Notes: a model not told the origin generated them from the letters alone. Shown: positions 39,602 through 49,783, counted from the first letter of the stretch. The stretch is 64,000 nt of DNA from an uncultured Spirochaetales bacterium (GCA_964410865.1 CAYPIQ010000001.1:180118-244117); one strand, 5' to 3'. Program-made: numbers and translations.

Positions 39602-40159
39602 ATGGAAATCCTGTGCGGGGTAGACGAGGCCGGCCGGGGCCCTATTGCAGGTCCGGTAACCGCCGCGGCGGTTATACTACCGGAAGATTTTCCCTGTGAT
39701 ATGCTGGACGACTCAAAGAAACTGAGTCCCCTACGGCGGAATCATCTGCTCCCGGTTATACTTGCAGGAGCGGTAGATGTAGGCATCGGCTGGGCCGGAC
39801 CTGGAGAGATCGATCTCTTAAATATTCACCGGGCTACCCTTTTGGCCATGCAAAGAGCCCTTTCAGAACTCAAAAACGCTCCTTCACTTGTGCTGGTGGA
39901 CGGAAAGTTCGTCCCTGAGTCGAATTTTCCCATCAGAGCGGTCGTAGGTGGCGACAGGAGCGTTCCACAGATACAGGCGGCATCGATTTGCGCAAAGGTC
40001 GTTCGAGACCGCTGGATGGAACGTTATTCGTGGATAGAACCCCATTGGCGTTTCGAAAAGCACAAGGGATACCCCACGGAGGAACACCGGCGCCTTTGCT
40101 CCGAGTACGGCCTCTCGGTTATCCACCGGAGAAGTTTCAGGATCGTCTATCCTTCATAA
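39602..40159 (+). CDS. rnhB: Ribonuclease HII
   Basis: 185 aa; GVDEAGRGPIAGPVTAAAVIL, catalytic DEDD pattern. Confidence 0.9.
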   Translation: MEILCGVDEAGRGPIAGPVTAAAVILPEDFPCDMLDDSKKLSPLRRNHLLPVILAGAVDVGIGWAGPGEIDLLNIHRATLLAMQRALSELKNAPSLVLVDGKFVPESNFPIRAVVGGDRSVPQIQAASICAKVVRDRWMERYSWIEPHWRFEKHKGYPTEEHRRLCSEYGLSVIHRRSFRIVYPS

Positions 40160-40370
40160 AGCCTACGGCCTTATTGAACGACTCGAGGAAGGCCTTCATG
40201 TCTTCCTCGTAGACGATAATGGAGCGTCGTTCATAACCTTCCTCTCCGTGCCGCTGACTCTCCACGATGTTAAGAAACAGATCGCCCCGGCGATTTTCCT
40301 TTACATTGAAAAAATACGTTCTTTTATCGGACAACACCCTTGTCGAATAGAGTTCTCCGCGTGTCCCCAT
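40137..40370 (-). CDS. PUR-domain nucleic-acid-binding protein (Bpur/DUF3276-like)
   Basis: 77 aa; RTYFFNVKENRRGDLFLNIVESQRHGEEGYERRSIIVYEEDMKAFLESF, matching the bacterial PUR repeat pattern. Its 3' end overlaps the rnhB 3' end by 23 nt (convergent). Confidence 0.6.
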   Translation of the reverse strand: MGTRGELYSTRVLSDKRTYFFNVKENRRGDLFLNIVESQRHGEEGYERRSIIVYEEDMKAFLESFNKAVGFMKDRRS

Positions 40371-40567
40371 GGTTGGCTACCTCGTTCGCGTTTTATGGTA
40401 CTGTACAGTAATGCGTCCGGAGGTACAAGAGCTCGTGATCAAGGATCTTTCCGTTGCTCTTGACGTTCGAAAATGATTTGTATATCTTCTAATACGAAAA
40501 TAGCCGCACCCGCCTATTTTCATCGTTTCGGTTGCCGCGCAGCGGCATGAGCAACTTTTATGAAAAT

Positions 40568-40639
40568 GCGCCTGTGGTATAATGGTTATTACCTCAGCCT
40601 TCCAAGCTGAAGATGTGGGTTCGATTCCCATCGGGCGCT
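40568..40639 (+). tRNA. tRNA-Gly (anticodon TCC)
   Basis: GCGCCUGUGGUAUAAUGGUUAUUACCUCAGCCUUCCAAGCUGAAGAUGUGGGUUCGAUUCCCAUCGGGCGCU; anticodon loop CUUCCAA, GGUUCGAUUCC T-arm, no encoded CCA. Confidence 0.85.
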
Positions 40640-40643
40640 TTCC

Positions 40644-40667
40644 GCTCACCTGTAGGTGAGCTTTTTT
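40644..40667 (+). terminator. Rho-independent terminator after tRNA-Gly
   Basis: GCTCACC-TGTA-GGTGAGC followed by TTTTTT. Confidence 0.65.
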
Positions 40668-40844
40668 CAAGTAGGGCTGCATGCGTTCCGCTTGGAGTCC
40701 CAGGGGATCGAGGAATTCTTCTTTAAAAACCTATCCAGCAGTAGATTGTGCTGTTAATGTATCACTCATATTATCCTCCACGGATTCACACATTGCCCCC
40801 CGATTGCTTCGAAGTCGGCCGTGTTCCTGTCATCCAATACGCTT

Positions 40845-42780
40845 CTACTCCCCCACCTCAAACCTCAAGCCCAGCTGCTTTGCCGATTCTTTCGTAATCC
40901 TGTACTGGTAGCTGTTTTCGGTAATGGGAAAGTTCTCCGTGGACCGGCCGCGGATACGGATTTCTATCTCCACGCCGTTTTTGGCCAGGGGGTATACGAA
41001 GGATGTAAAAACCTGGTGATAGTTGGCCATATCTATCTTGCCGGAGATGGTAAGGGTCTTGAACACTTTTCCCCTGGGTCGCACAGGCTTCTCAGGAGGT
41101 TCTTCACCTTCTTTGCCGACACCGCCGTCGGCTTCAACACCGCCGGTTTCGGGTTGAGGCGCTTTGTAACGTCTTTTATCCAGCACCCAGTAACTGGTAT
41201 CGGTCACTTCGAAATAGGGTACGGTGGTTTTATAATAAATGGTATTGAATTCGTTATCGTTGCCGGAGGCGATCACCAGCTCGCCCTTCAGGCAATAGCG
41301 CAGGAGGCTGTCCTGGATGGACTGGAAGCCGCTGATCATGGATGGGTTTGTCGTCGAAGCGGATAAAGGCTTCATAGATATCCTTGGCCTTTACTGCGCC
41401 TCCTTGGTCTTTACCGCGCCTCCCGGTCCGGCAGCAGGCCGTGTTTTCTAAAGGTATTTAAGCCTACCGATTCCAGGTACCACTCGGCGTCCTTGAGAGC
41501 CTGTAAAAGGTTGTTGTTGATCTGCACGTCGAGCTCTCCGAGAAATGCTTCAACACCAGGGACGATATGCCGTCCTTAGCCGAGTATTTCACTACTATTA
41601 CAGATTCCGAGCAGACAAGAAAGATGATGGTATTTCTGTATACCCGCTCGATGTTCCCCCGTTTGGCGGCAATGCGCTCTATTACAGGCCGGGTGGTACT
41701 GTTTATGCTTGACGGATTCGCCCGGTATCGAGGGCTCAGAATAACAAGGGTGGTCTTCGTCTGTTCAGGAATATCCTCGGAAGGATCGACCAGGACAGTG
41801 AACGAGCCTATATTCACCATCTTCTCTTTCAATCAGGAAACAATTTCGCCCTTTACCGCCTCTGGGCTCACATCGTGCCTGGCCAGATTGATAAGGATGT
41901 TCATGTTCGGCTTGGTATGAAGCCAGTCCCGCCGGTTTTATCTCGTCTATGCCTATGCCCTTGTTGATGCCGGCCCCGCCGAAGCTGCCCAGAAGTATAG
42001 TGGCGGCGACACCCCGGGTAGCGCCGAATTTCTGGAACTCGGGTTTCTGTCCGTCGATTTTGAAGTTGTTGGAAGCGTTTCCCGCCACATCGGCAGCGAT
42101 GGCCGATTCATACCCGTTGCCGTAGAGTTTCCTGAGCTGCCCCGACAGAGCGTCCATGGTCAGAAAATTGACGTTTGAGGTATGGATCAGCCCGTTGGCA
42201 CCGGTCGAGTAATCCTGGCGTTTCAAGAGGTCGGAGACGATGGATGTGAGAATACGCAGAACACCCCTGATTCGTTGAAAGTCGGAGTTTCCGGCCCACC
42301 TGAGGCGGAACATGTCGATAAGCTCCGGTGAAAGAGGTATGACCGGATAAGCCACTGCCGATAGGCGGATTTTACCGCCTCTGATGGCAGTTCACTGGAT
42401 AACTCCTGATAGAGGTTGACCTAGGAGTAGCCGTCCTCGTTCATGGCGGTGTCGTCGTTGATCTGCTCGAAAAGACGCCGGCGAATGTCTTCGAATATTT
42501 CCTCTTGGATCACCGGTTTGGTGTCCGACCCCACCCTGGCCAGTCAATTTTCAAGACTGGTCAAGATTTTTACTGCCGTGGACGAATTGGCCACCTCGGT
42601 GGCACTGGCGGGAAGGGTGGCCACCAGGACACACCGATCCATATGGGACACCGCCTCGGTCAGTTCCTGCATAAAGCTTATGGTCTGATTGGGCAGGGTC
42701 GAACCGACCACCTGAACACCTGAGGATGCAACGCGGTAATCGATTGATATACTTATTTCTCCAGTACATTCTCGAGCCAC
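40845..42780 (-). pseudogene. Degraded about 645-codon gene (unknown large protein family) broken by in-frame TGA and TAG stops and at least two frameshifts
   Basis: Four consecutive minus-strand ORF pieces (42544..42780, 41765..42355, 41464..41832, 40845..41375) read as one protein when joined. Translating across the gaps gives ...KILTSLEN-TGA-LARVGSDTKPVIQEEIFEDIRRRLFEQINDDTAMNEDGYS-TAG-VNLYQELSSELPSEAVKSAYRQWLIRSYLSPELIDMFRLRW..., then shifts frame twice. Confidence 0.5.
41381..41423. repeat. 20-bp tandem duplication (2 copies plus a 3-nt partial) inside the degraded gene
   Basis: TCCTTGGCCTTTACTGCGCC / TCCTTGGTCTTTACCGCGCC / TCC. The 20-nt unit is not a multiple of 3 and lies exactly in the frame-shifted gap between ORF pieces 41464..41832 and 40845..41375. 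Confidence 0.7.
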
Positions 42781-43622
42781 CTCTTCGTCACCGCGCCGGT
42801 GTGTACCAGCCTCACCGTGCCATCCGTATCGATGATAAAGGTAGTTGGAATAGAAGATACACCATAAAGCCGGGCCAGGCTTCCGGAAAGGTCCAGGAGC
42901 ACAGGAAAATCGATGTTTTCTTTTAAAACGAAAGACTTCACCGAGGTGACATCCCGTTCCGTGGAGGTCATGTTTACCGAAACCAGGGCTGCGTCCGTGG
43001 TATTATCCCGATAGAGCCTGACCAGTTCAGGAATTTCGGCTTTGCAGGGAGGACACCAGGTAGCCCAGAAGTTGAGGATAACCGGCTTCCCCGCATAATC
43101 TGAAAGCGATGCAGAGGCACCGGATAGATCTTCCGCCGAAAAATCCGGTGCCCGTTTGCCCGGAACCGGGGGACCGGATACAACTGTATCACCCGATTCC
43201 GGTTCCGGAGTCACGCCGGGGAGTATGTATCGAATACCGGCGAAGACCGAGGCGGAAACTACAACAAACAGGAGGAACACGGGTATGATTCTCCTGTCAC
43301 TCCGGTCTTTCAGGTATATCCGCAGACCGTAGAGGAGAAACACCGTCAGACCAATGAGGATGTTTACCGGTCCCGTAGGGGCGTAGAGGAAGAACATCGG
43401 TTCGCCGGCAACCGCCTTGAAATCGATGAAAGCCGGGCTTAATCTCCAGGCAAGAACGAAGATGATTACTCCGGTAAGCAATCGGTCGAAATAGTATTTT
43501 CGTTTCTCCGAATTGGTATGGCAGTAGACCGACACTGCTCCGAACCCGGCGAGTCCTGCTAAAAGACCTATCAGTGCGATGACCGGAACTGCCAGGGGAC
43601 CGATGTTAATGACCGTATTCAT
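42753..43622 (-). CDS. Membrane-anchored TlpA/ResA-family thiol:disulfide oxidoreductase
   Basis: 289 aa; about 4 N-terminal TM helices then thioredoxin fold with ILNFWATWCPPCKAEIPEL. Confidence 0.8.
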   Translation of the reverse strand: MNTVINIGPLAVPVIALIGLLAGLAGFGAVSVYCHTNSEKRKYYFDRLLTGVIIFVLAWRLSPAFIDFKAVAGEPMFFLYAPTGPVNILIGLTVFLLYGLRIYLKDRSDRRIIPVFLLFVVVSASVFAGIRYILPGVTPEPESGDTVVSGPPVPGKRAPDFSAEDLSGASASLSDYAGKPVILNFWATWCPPCKAEIPELVRLYRDNTTDAALVSVNMTSTERDVTSVKSFVLKENIDFPVLLDLSGSLARLYGVSSIPTTFIIDTDGTVRLVHTGAVTKRWLENVLEK

Positions 43623-43712
43623 GATGTAGTACTATACAGTTTCTTATCGATCAATCAAGGGGCCCTTGTTCATCAGCCGTTGTTTCCGTCCCTAGGGGTA
43701 TTTCGACCAGGC

Positions 43713-44135
43713 CTAGGGCCTGTCCAGAGACTCCGGCCAGCGGTAAATACCGCCGAAATCCACCACATTGGTAAAACCGGCTTCTCTGAATATAGCCGCC
43801 GCCGTTGCCGATCGATTGCCGCTTCTGCAGTACAGAATGACGAGAAAGTCCTTCTCCACCTCGGGAAGTCCGTGGGGAAGGTCCTGTACGGGAATATTTA
43901 TTGCCGTGGGAATGTACCCCTCACGGTATTCCTCGGGGGACCGTACATCGATCAGAAGGTACTGCTCTTCTCCATCTTCTATAAGGGCCGCCAGAGCTGC
44001 AGGCTCGCCGTAATCCGGCCGCTCCCGGACCTCCTGGGATACCGAGGATTCATGTGTTCCTTCGGCCACAGCCGGAAGTACGACTGCCGATATCGCCATT
44101 AAAATGACTAATATAATAAGGTATATCTTTTCCAT
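43713..44135 (-). CDS. Secreted rhodanese-domain sulfurtransferase
   Basis: 140 aa; signal peptide, LLIDVRSPEEYREGYIPTAINIP, active-site loop CRSGNRS. Confidence 0.8.
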   Translation of the reverse strand: MEKIYLIILVILMAISAVVLPAVAEGTHESSVSQEVRERPDYGEPAALAALIEDGEEQYLLIDVRSPEEYREGYIPTAINIPVQDLPHGLPEVEKDFLVILYCRSGNRSATAAAIFREAGFTNVVDFGGIYRWPESLDRP

Positions 44136-44181
44136 GGAGTAAACATACCACCTGAAACCCTTTATCGGCTATAATTTTTTC

Positions 44182-44862
44182 ATGCCGGAGGTCCGACCGT
44201 ACAGGGCATTGATTCGTCTATATTTCAGCACTGACGCACGTTCAGCAATTTTTAGCGGGTCCGAAAGTTACGGAGCGGTTGAGAAATATCTAGGGAAACC
44301 GGGGTGCATTCTGCTCTCTGGGGCGGCCCTGAAAGCCAGGGCCAAAATGTGCTGGCGCTCGCGCCAGGCGCTACGAGCACAACATCACACCGAAGGGCTG
44401 AAGCCGGCGGCGCGGGCGACGGTGGCCAATCATCTGTCGCGCTTCCGGAGCATTCCCCACCACGACACGCTCATGAACCTTCTGGATCGCATCTACGTGG
44501 AGCAAATCCAGGAGGCGAAAGTCAAGCTGTTACGTAGCATCGAGTATACCTACCAGGTCAATGGAAAGACGCGTAACGTGGACGTCCACATGGTGATCTG
44601 CCAGGAGAGCTGTGAGGTGATCGACCCCGAGACGGCACAGCCGGTGACCAAGAAGGCCCGTCACCTATGGCTCAGCAGCAGTCCCCTGAACCAGGACAAC
44701 GTCCACCCTCGCCGCCCCGCACACCACCCGTTGCCCCCCTTCAGCCTTTCCAGGTTGCCTTCGTGTGTCAGTACTGTTTATATATTGAATATGTATCCCC
44801 TAGATAGTACACATAATAAACAGGTGGATGAATCTTCCAAAGCTCTGCTTGCCGCCCTGTAA
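44182..44862 (+). CDS. Hypothetical ORF of atypical (about 60%) GC; possible transposase-derived remnant (weak IS4-N-terminal-like resemblance)
   Basis: 226 aa with no TM or catalytic motif; a local GC-rich run (GGGGCGGCCC...GGCGGCGCGGGCGACGGTGGCC) contrasts with about 50% flanks. Segment ...SGAALKARAKMCWRSRQALRAQ...DPETAQP... is loosely reminiscent of IS4-family transposase N-termini; not verifiable here. Confidence 0.3.
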   Translation: MPEVRPYRALIRLYFSTDARSAIFSGSESYGAVEKYLGKPGCILLSGAALKARAKMCWRSRQALRAQHHTEGLKPAARATVANHLSRFRSIPHHDTLMNLLDRIYVEQIQEAKVKLLRSIEYTYQVNGKTRNVDVHMVICQESCEVIDPETAQPVTKKARHLWLSSSPLNQDNVHPRRPAHHPLPPFSLSRLPSCVSTVYILNMYPLDSTHNKQVDESSKALLAAL

Positions 44863-45767
44863 TGTACACGTCTATGATGAATTCAGGAATGAAGACACAT
44901 TATATCAAGCTCTTTATTGCCGCAATTATCTGGGGAGGTGCCCTGGTAGCAGGCCGCGTCATCGCTTCCCACCTGCCGCCTCTTACCATCACCTTTCTGC
45001 GGTTTTCCCTGGTAAGCATATTTCTCCTGCCGGTACTCTATATTAAAAACGGCAGGCTACCGATACCCTCTTTTAAAACCGCCCTTCTTGTTCTGCTGGT
45101 CAGTTTTTCCGGGGTCATGGTTTTTAATTATTTTCTGTTTGCCGGTTTAAAGACCGTTACTGCAGTCCGAAGCGCGGTTATAATCGCCTTTACCCCCACC
45201 GTGACGGCCCTTGCGGCGGGGCTCTTCTTTCGGGAACGGATAACCTCGCTCATGAAATTCGGCTTTCTCTCGGCCCTGGTGGGTGCTGTCATCACCATCA
45301 CCAACGGCCGGCTTTCCCTTATTTTTCAGGAGCGCCCTGCGGTGGGCGACCTCTTCCTCCTGGGCTGCGTCCTCGCCTGGACCGTCTACTCACTGGCCAC
45401 CAAGGTAACCCTTGAACACATGGCACCCCTGACAATTCTTACCTATGCATCATTCCTCGGCGCAGTGCTCCTTTTTCCCCTGGCGTTGCGAGAAGGCGTT
45501 TTACACCGGCTTGCTTCCCAGCCTCCGGAGACATGGTTGAGCCTGTTGTATTTAAGCATCGGAGCGGCCGGGTTGGCTTATCTCTGGTACTATCAGGGCA
45601 TACATGCCGTAGGAGCATCGCGGTCCGTCATCTTTCTCAATCTCGAACCGGTGACTGCCATTATCCTGGGTATTCTCATCCTGGGGGAAGAGCTCACCAT
45701 ACCCGTGGCGGTCGGTGCCGTCCTGGTTTTCCTGGGACTCATTCTTACAGGGATTAAGAAAGCCTGA
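44862..45767 (+). CDS. EamA/DMT-family transporter
   Basis: About 290 aa, 10 TM, two EamA repeats; the real start is probably the internal Met at 44892 (MKTHYIKLFIAAIIWGG). Confidence 0.8.
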   Translation: MYTSMMNSGMKTHYIKLFIAAIIWGGALVAGRVIASHLPPLTITFLRFSLVSIFLLPVLYIKNGRLPIPSFKTALLVLLVSFSGVMVFNYFLFAGLKTVTAVRSAVIIAFTPTVTALAAGLFFRERITSLMKFGFLSALVGAVITITNGRLSLIFQERPAVGDLFLLGCVLAWTVYSLATKVTLEHMAPLTILTYASFLGAVLLFPLALREGVLHRLASQPPETWLSLLYLSIGAAGLAYLWYYQGIHAVGASRSVIFLNLEPVTAIILGILILGEELTIPVAVGAVLVFLGLILTGIKKA

Positions 45768-46176
45768 TGTATTTCATCATTCCGCAGTAATACCGATTTT
45801 GTTTTTCCATTCGCAGCTTGTTTATTCGACTCTTCCGTTTTATACTTTTATATGGTTGCAGCGTTCCCGAGCGTGGAACTGATAGGATGTTAGGCCCATC
45901 TTCGACAGTTTGAAGCAGGTTTTTAGAGTTCTTTATCAGTTAAGTGTTATGCCGGTTCAACTTAGGCCGGCTTAATGCGTTTGTCCTAGGACTCCGGTTT
46001 CCCGGCCACCCACGCGTCAAAAGGCCACCTTACTTCGCTGTACCCTCTGTTAGCCCGATGTTATATAGGTAACAATAGGGTACGGATTGTTGTTTCCGGG
46101 CGAAGAAGGTTGTACAAATATAGTACAGGTAGACGTTGTTTGGAAAAGGCGAAGTATTTTAACAGGGGGGAAGACT

Positions 46177-47403
46177 ATGAAACGAGTCATGGTTCTGGGA
46201 ACCGGGGCACAGGGCGGCGCAATTGCTAGGCTCCTGGACAGGGAAGCCGGAGTGTCGGAGATTATCTGCGCGGACTACGATAATAAAGCGGCCGAGTCCC
46301 TGGCAGGCACCCTGGAGAAAGCACAGGCCGTCCAGGTGAATGCAAAAAAGATTGATGATGTTATAAGGGTCGGGAAAGGAGTGGACATTATCGTCAATGC
46401 CCTGCCTATCGATTTCAATCTAACGGTAATGGAAGCCGCACTGAACCTGAAGGCCAATTATCAGGACCTCTGTATGACGGAACTGCCGGGTAAAACAGCG
46501 GTGGAATCCACCGAGTATATGTTTACCGAGCAGAACAGAAAATTCGTCGAAGCAGGCATTTTGGCTATTACCAATACCGGTTCGGCCCCCGGGCTGGACA
46601 ACGTTGTGGTACGTGAAGCCGTGGACAAAATGGACGGCTGCGACAGTATCGAGATAAATGTATACGAAGGGGTATGGTCTAAGAAATTCATCCCCTTCTG
46701 GTGGTCGCCGGAGGTGGCTTTTCAGGATATGTCTGAAGACCCCATCCGCTTTGAGAACGGACGTTATATAACAACCGAACCCTTTGCCAATCCGGTAATG
46801 ATGCGATTTCCCGGCATAGACAGGGACATCCGGATGGTAGATCATTCCCACGAGGAGCCGATCACCATGGGTCTGAATGCCGAAAAATGTTTGAAGGGGG
46901 TGAAAAATATCGTATTCCGCTACGGCGGGCCGCATATCGAGCTATCCGAAGCCCTCTACAGGATGGGTTTCCTCTCCCGCGAAGAACGGGAATTCAAGGG
47001 TTTCAGATATGTCCCCTTTGATCTCGTCCTTCACCATGCCCCTGCAGCTCCAAAGTACACCGAGGAAATTCGTGATATTATCGACGGCGGCCTCATTACC
47101 GAGGAGGGAGCGTTCCAGGTAGTGGTAAAGGGCATCAAGGACGGAAAGCCCATCACCATTACCGTCTATGTGAATTCCCCCGGTCTTATCGATGCTTTCC
47201 GGAAAGCCGGGATAAGCCACGAATCGTACCTGACGGGGCAGAGTGCCTTCATCTTCACCAAGATGATGGTGAAAGATGCCGTAAACCAAAGGGGGCTCAT
47301 TTCTCCGGAAGTTCTCGAGGCGGATGCCCGGAAATTTTTCTTCGACGAGTGCGCAAAGCTGGAAATAACCTTCGACGAGATTATCGAACACAGGATAAAC
47401 TAA
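46177..47403 (+). CDS. Saccharopine dehydrogenase-family NAD(P)-dependent oxidoreductase (paralog A)
   Basis: 408 aa from MKRVMVLGTGAQGGAIA (Rossmann GxGxxG) with GGGG-N6-ATG RBS; shared family motifs FIPFWWSPEVA, TNTGSAPGL. The ORF track over-extends the start to 46087. Confidence 0.8.
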   Translation: MKRVMVLGTGAQGGAIARLLDREAGVSEIICADYDNKAAESLAGTLEKAQAVQVNAKKIDDVIRVGKGVDIIVNALPIDFNLTVMEAALNLKANYQDLCMTELPGKTAVESTEYMFTEQNRKFVEAGILAITNTGSAPGLDNVVVREAVDKMDGCDSIEINVYEGVWSKKFIPFWWSPEVAFQDMSEDPIRFENGRYITTEPFANPVMMRFPGIDRDIRMVDHSHEEPITMGLNAEKCLKGVKNIVFRYGGPHIELSEALYRMGFLSREEREFKGFRYVPFDLVLHHAPAAPKYTEEIRDIIDGGLITEEGAFQVVVKGIKDGKPITITVYVNSPGLIDAFRKAGISHESYLTGQSAFIFTKMMVKDAVNQRGLISPEVLEADARKFFFDECAKLEITFDEIIEHRIN

Positions 47404-47439
47404 AAGTGATACAGCGGTCGGGAAAACCCGGCCGTTCCG

Positions 47440-48663
47440 TTATTTTATCTCCTGCACGGTCGTTTCTACGGAAATATCGAGTCGGGACGCCTCTTCGAGG
47501 TAATAATCCACCTGTTCGTAGGTGAGCATATCCGATGATATAAGCCCTTTCTGATGGATCATATCGTTGACGAACATCTTTGTGTACAGGGCCCCGCCCT
47601 GTCCCGTCAGATAGGTTTCTGCCGTCAGACCGGATTTTTCGAAGGCCTCCACGCATCCCGGAGCATACACGTAGCTCTCTACCCTTACTTTTTTGCCGTC
47701 CTTCATTCCGTCCGCCCGCACGACCATGGCCCCGGTGTCCGATACCAGTCCCTCGTCGAGAATTTCTTGTATTTCTTCACGGTACTTCGGCGCCGGGGGG
47801 GTTAGTTTAAGTACCACATGCCGGGGGACAACCATGTTTCCGTCCACCTCTATCGGTTTATCCGAAAGCATCCCCATACGGTACAGAGGCCGGGCAAAAT
47901 CGATCCCCACTCCACCGTACTTGAAATAGATGTTCCTGGCTCCTTTGAAGAATTTTCCGGAATTGAGCCCCATGTTCACAGGTTCATCATGGGCGTGCTC
48001 CACCAGGCATACTTCATCGTCGAAGCCCTTGAATTGTACGTATATCGGCCTGGAAAAAGGTTCGGTGGGTATGATCTCGCCGTTCTCGAAGGCGTAGGCC
48101 GTGTCGGACATATCGGCATAGGCAACCTCCGGCGACCACCAGAAGGGTAAAAACCGTTTTGCTTCCACCCCTTCGTATACCATCATATAGATCGTTTCGC
48201 ATGTGTCCAGGTAGCGCATGGCGTCCCGGGCTACAACACAAATAAGCCCGGGGGCGGATCCGGTACTGATAATCGCCGTCCTGTCCGCATCCCTGTACCT
48301 GGCGCTGGTTTCGGTGTGCATTACCTTGATACCCTCGACCCAGTCAATGGTTTCATCATCCGCCGCCGCAAAATCCTGATAGTTGGTCTTTGCCTGAAGT
48401 GCGGCTTCCAGCACCTTTCTGCCGAAGGCCATGGGCAGAGCGTTTACCACCAGGAACACCCCTTCAGCAGCCTGTACAATATTTTCGATCTTAGAGGCAT
48501 CCAGTTGCAGGGGAGTACCCTTATTCAGTTGAGCTGCCAAGTCTGTAACGGCTTTTTCATCGTAGTCGGCACAGATTATTTCCGATACGTTCGGTTCTTC
48601 GTCCATTCTCTTTGCCACAGTACTACCCTGTGCACCTACGCCGAGTACCAGCAGTTTTTTCAT
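47440..48663 (-). CDS. Saccharopine dehydrogenase-family NAD(P)-dependent oxidoreductase (paralog B)
   Basis: 407 aa; MKKLLVLGVGAQGSTVA, FLPFWWSPEVA, STGSAPGL; colinear similarity to paralog A along the full length. Convergent with paralog A, stops 36 nt apart. Confidence 0.8.
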   Translation of the reverse strand: MKKLLVLGVGAQGSTVAKRMDEEPNVSEIICADYDEKAVTDLAAQLNKGTPLQLDASKIENIVQAAEGVFLVVNALPMAFGRKVLEAALQAKTNYQDFAAADDETIDWVEGIKVMHTETSARYRDADRTAIISTGSAPGLICVVARDAMRYLDTCETIYMMVYEGVEAKRFLPFWWSPEVAYADMSDTAYAFENGEIIPTEPFSRPIYVQFKGFDDEVCLVEHAHDEPVNMGLNSGKFFKGARNIYFKYGGVGIDFARPLYRMGMLSDKPIEVDGNMVVPRHVVLKLTPPAPKYREEIQEILDEGLVSDTGAMVVRADGMKDGKKVRVESYVYAPGCVEAFEKSGLTAETYLTGQGGALYTKMFVNDMIHQKGLISSDMLTYEQVDYYLEEASRLDISVETTVQEIK

Positions 48664-48877
48664 ACTAACATCTCCTTTTTAATTCTTCGCATATATTCCT
48701 GCAAACCTGTGTAGATTATTGTACCCCCCCGGATAGTCGCCTACAATAATGAACGCGGCGATTCACCCATTCGTCAGCGAAACGATAGAACAGTTCATCC
48801 ATGAGCTTCGATAATCTGCGGATGAGAATATGTTAACCAGGTACGTGGTATCCCCGGTAGTGGACCTGGAAATTGTA

Positions 48878-49735
<858 letters not shown>

Positions 49736-49783
49736 AAGAATATATGATGATGGATCGAATAGGGCTGTGAGGCAAGAAAATTT

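Noticed and set aside
40460-40486. TTGACG-N15-TATATC as the tRNA-Gly promoter
   Set aside because: The spacer is only 15 nt and the element is about 80 nt upstream of the mature tRNA 5' end. Possible but weak; not reported as a feature.
42356-42546. In-frame TGA and TAG in the gene next to tRNA-Gly as possible selenocysteine / pyrrolysine recoding
   Set aside because: Both different stop codons occur within 190 nt and are accompanied by two frameshifts and a 20-bp duplication. No SECIS-like hairpin was noticed immediately 3' of the TGA. Pseudogenisation is far more parsimonious.
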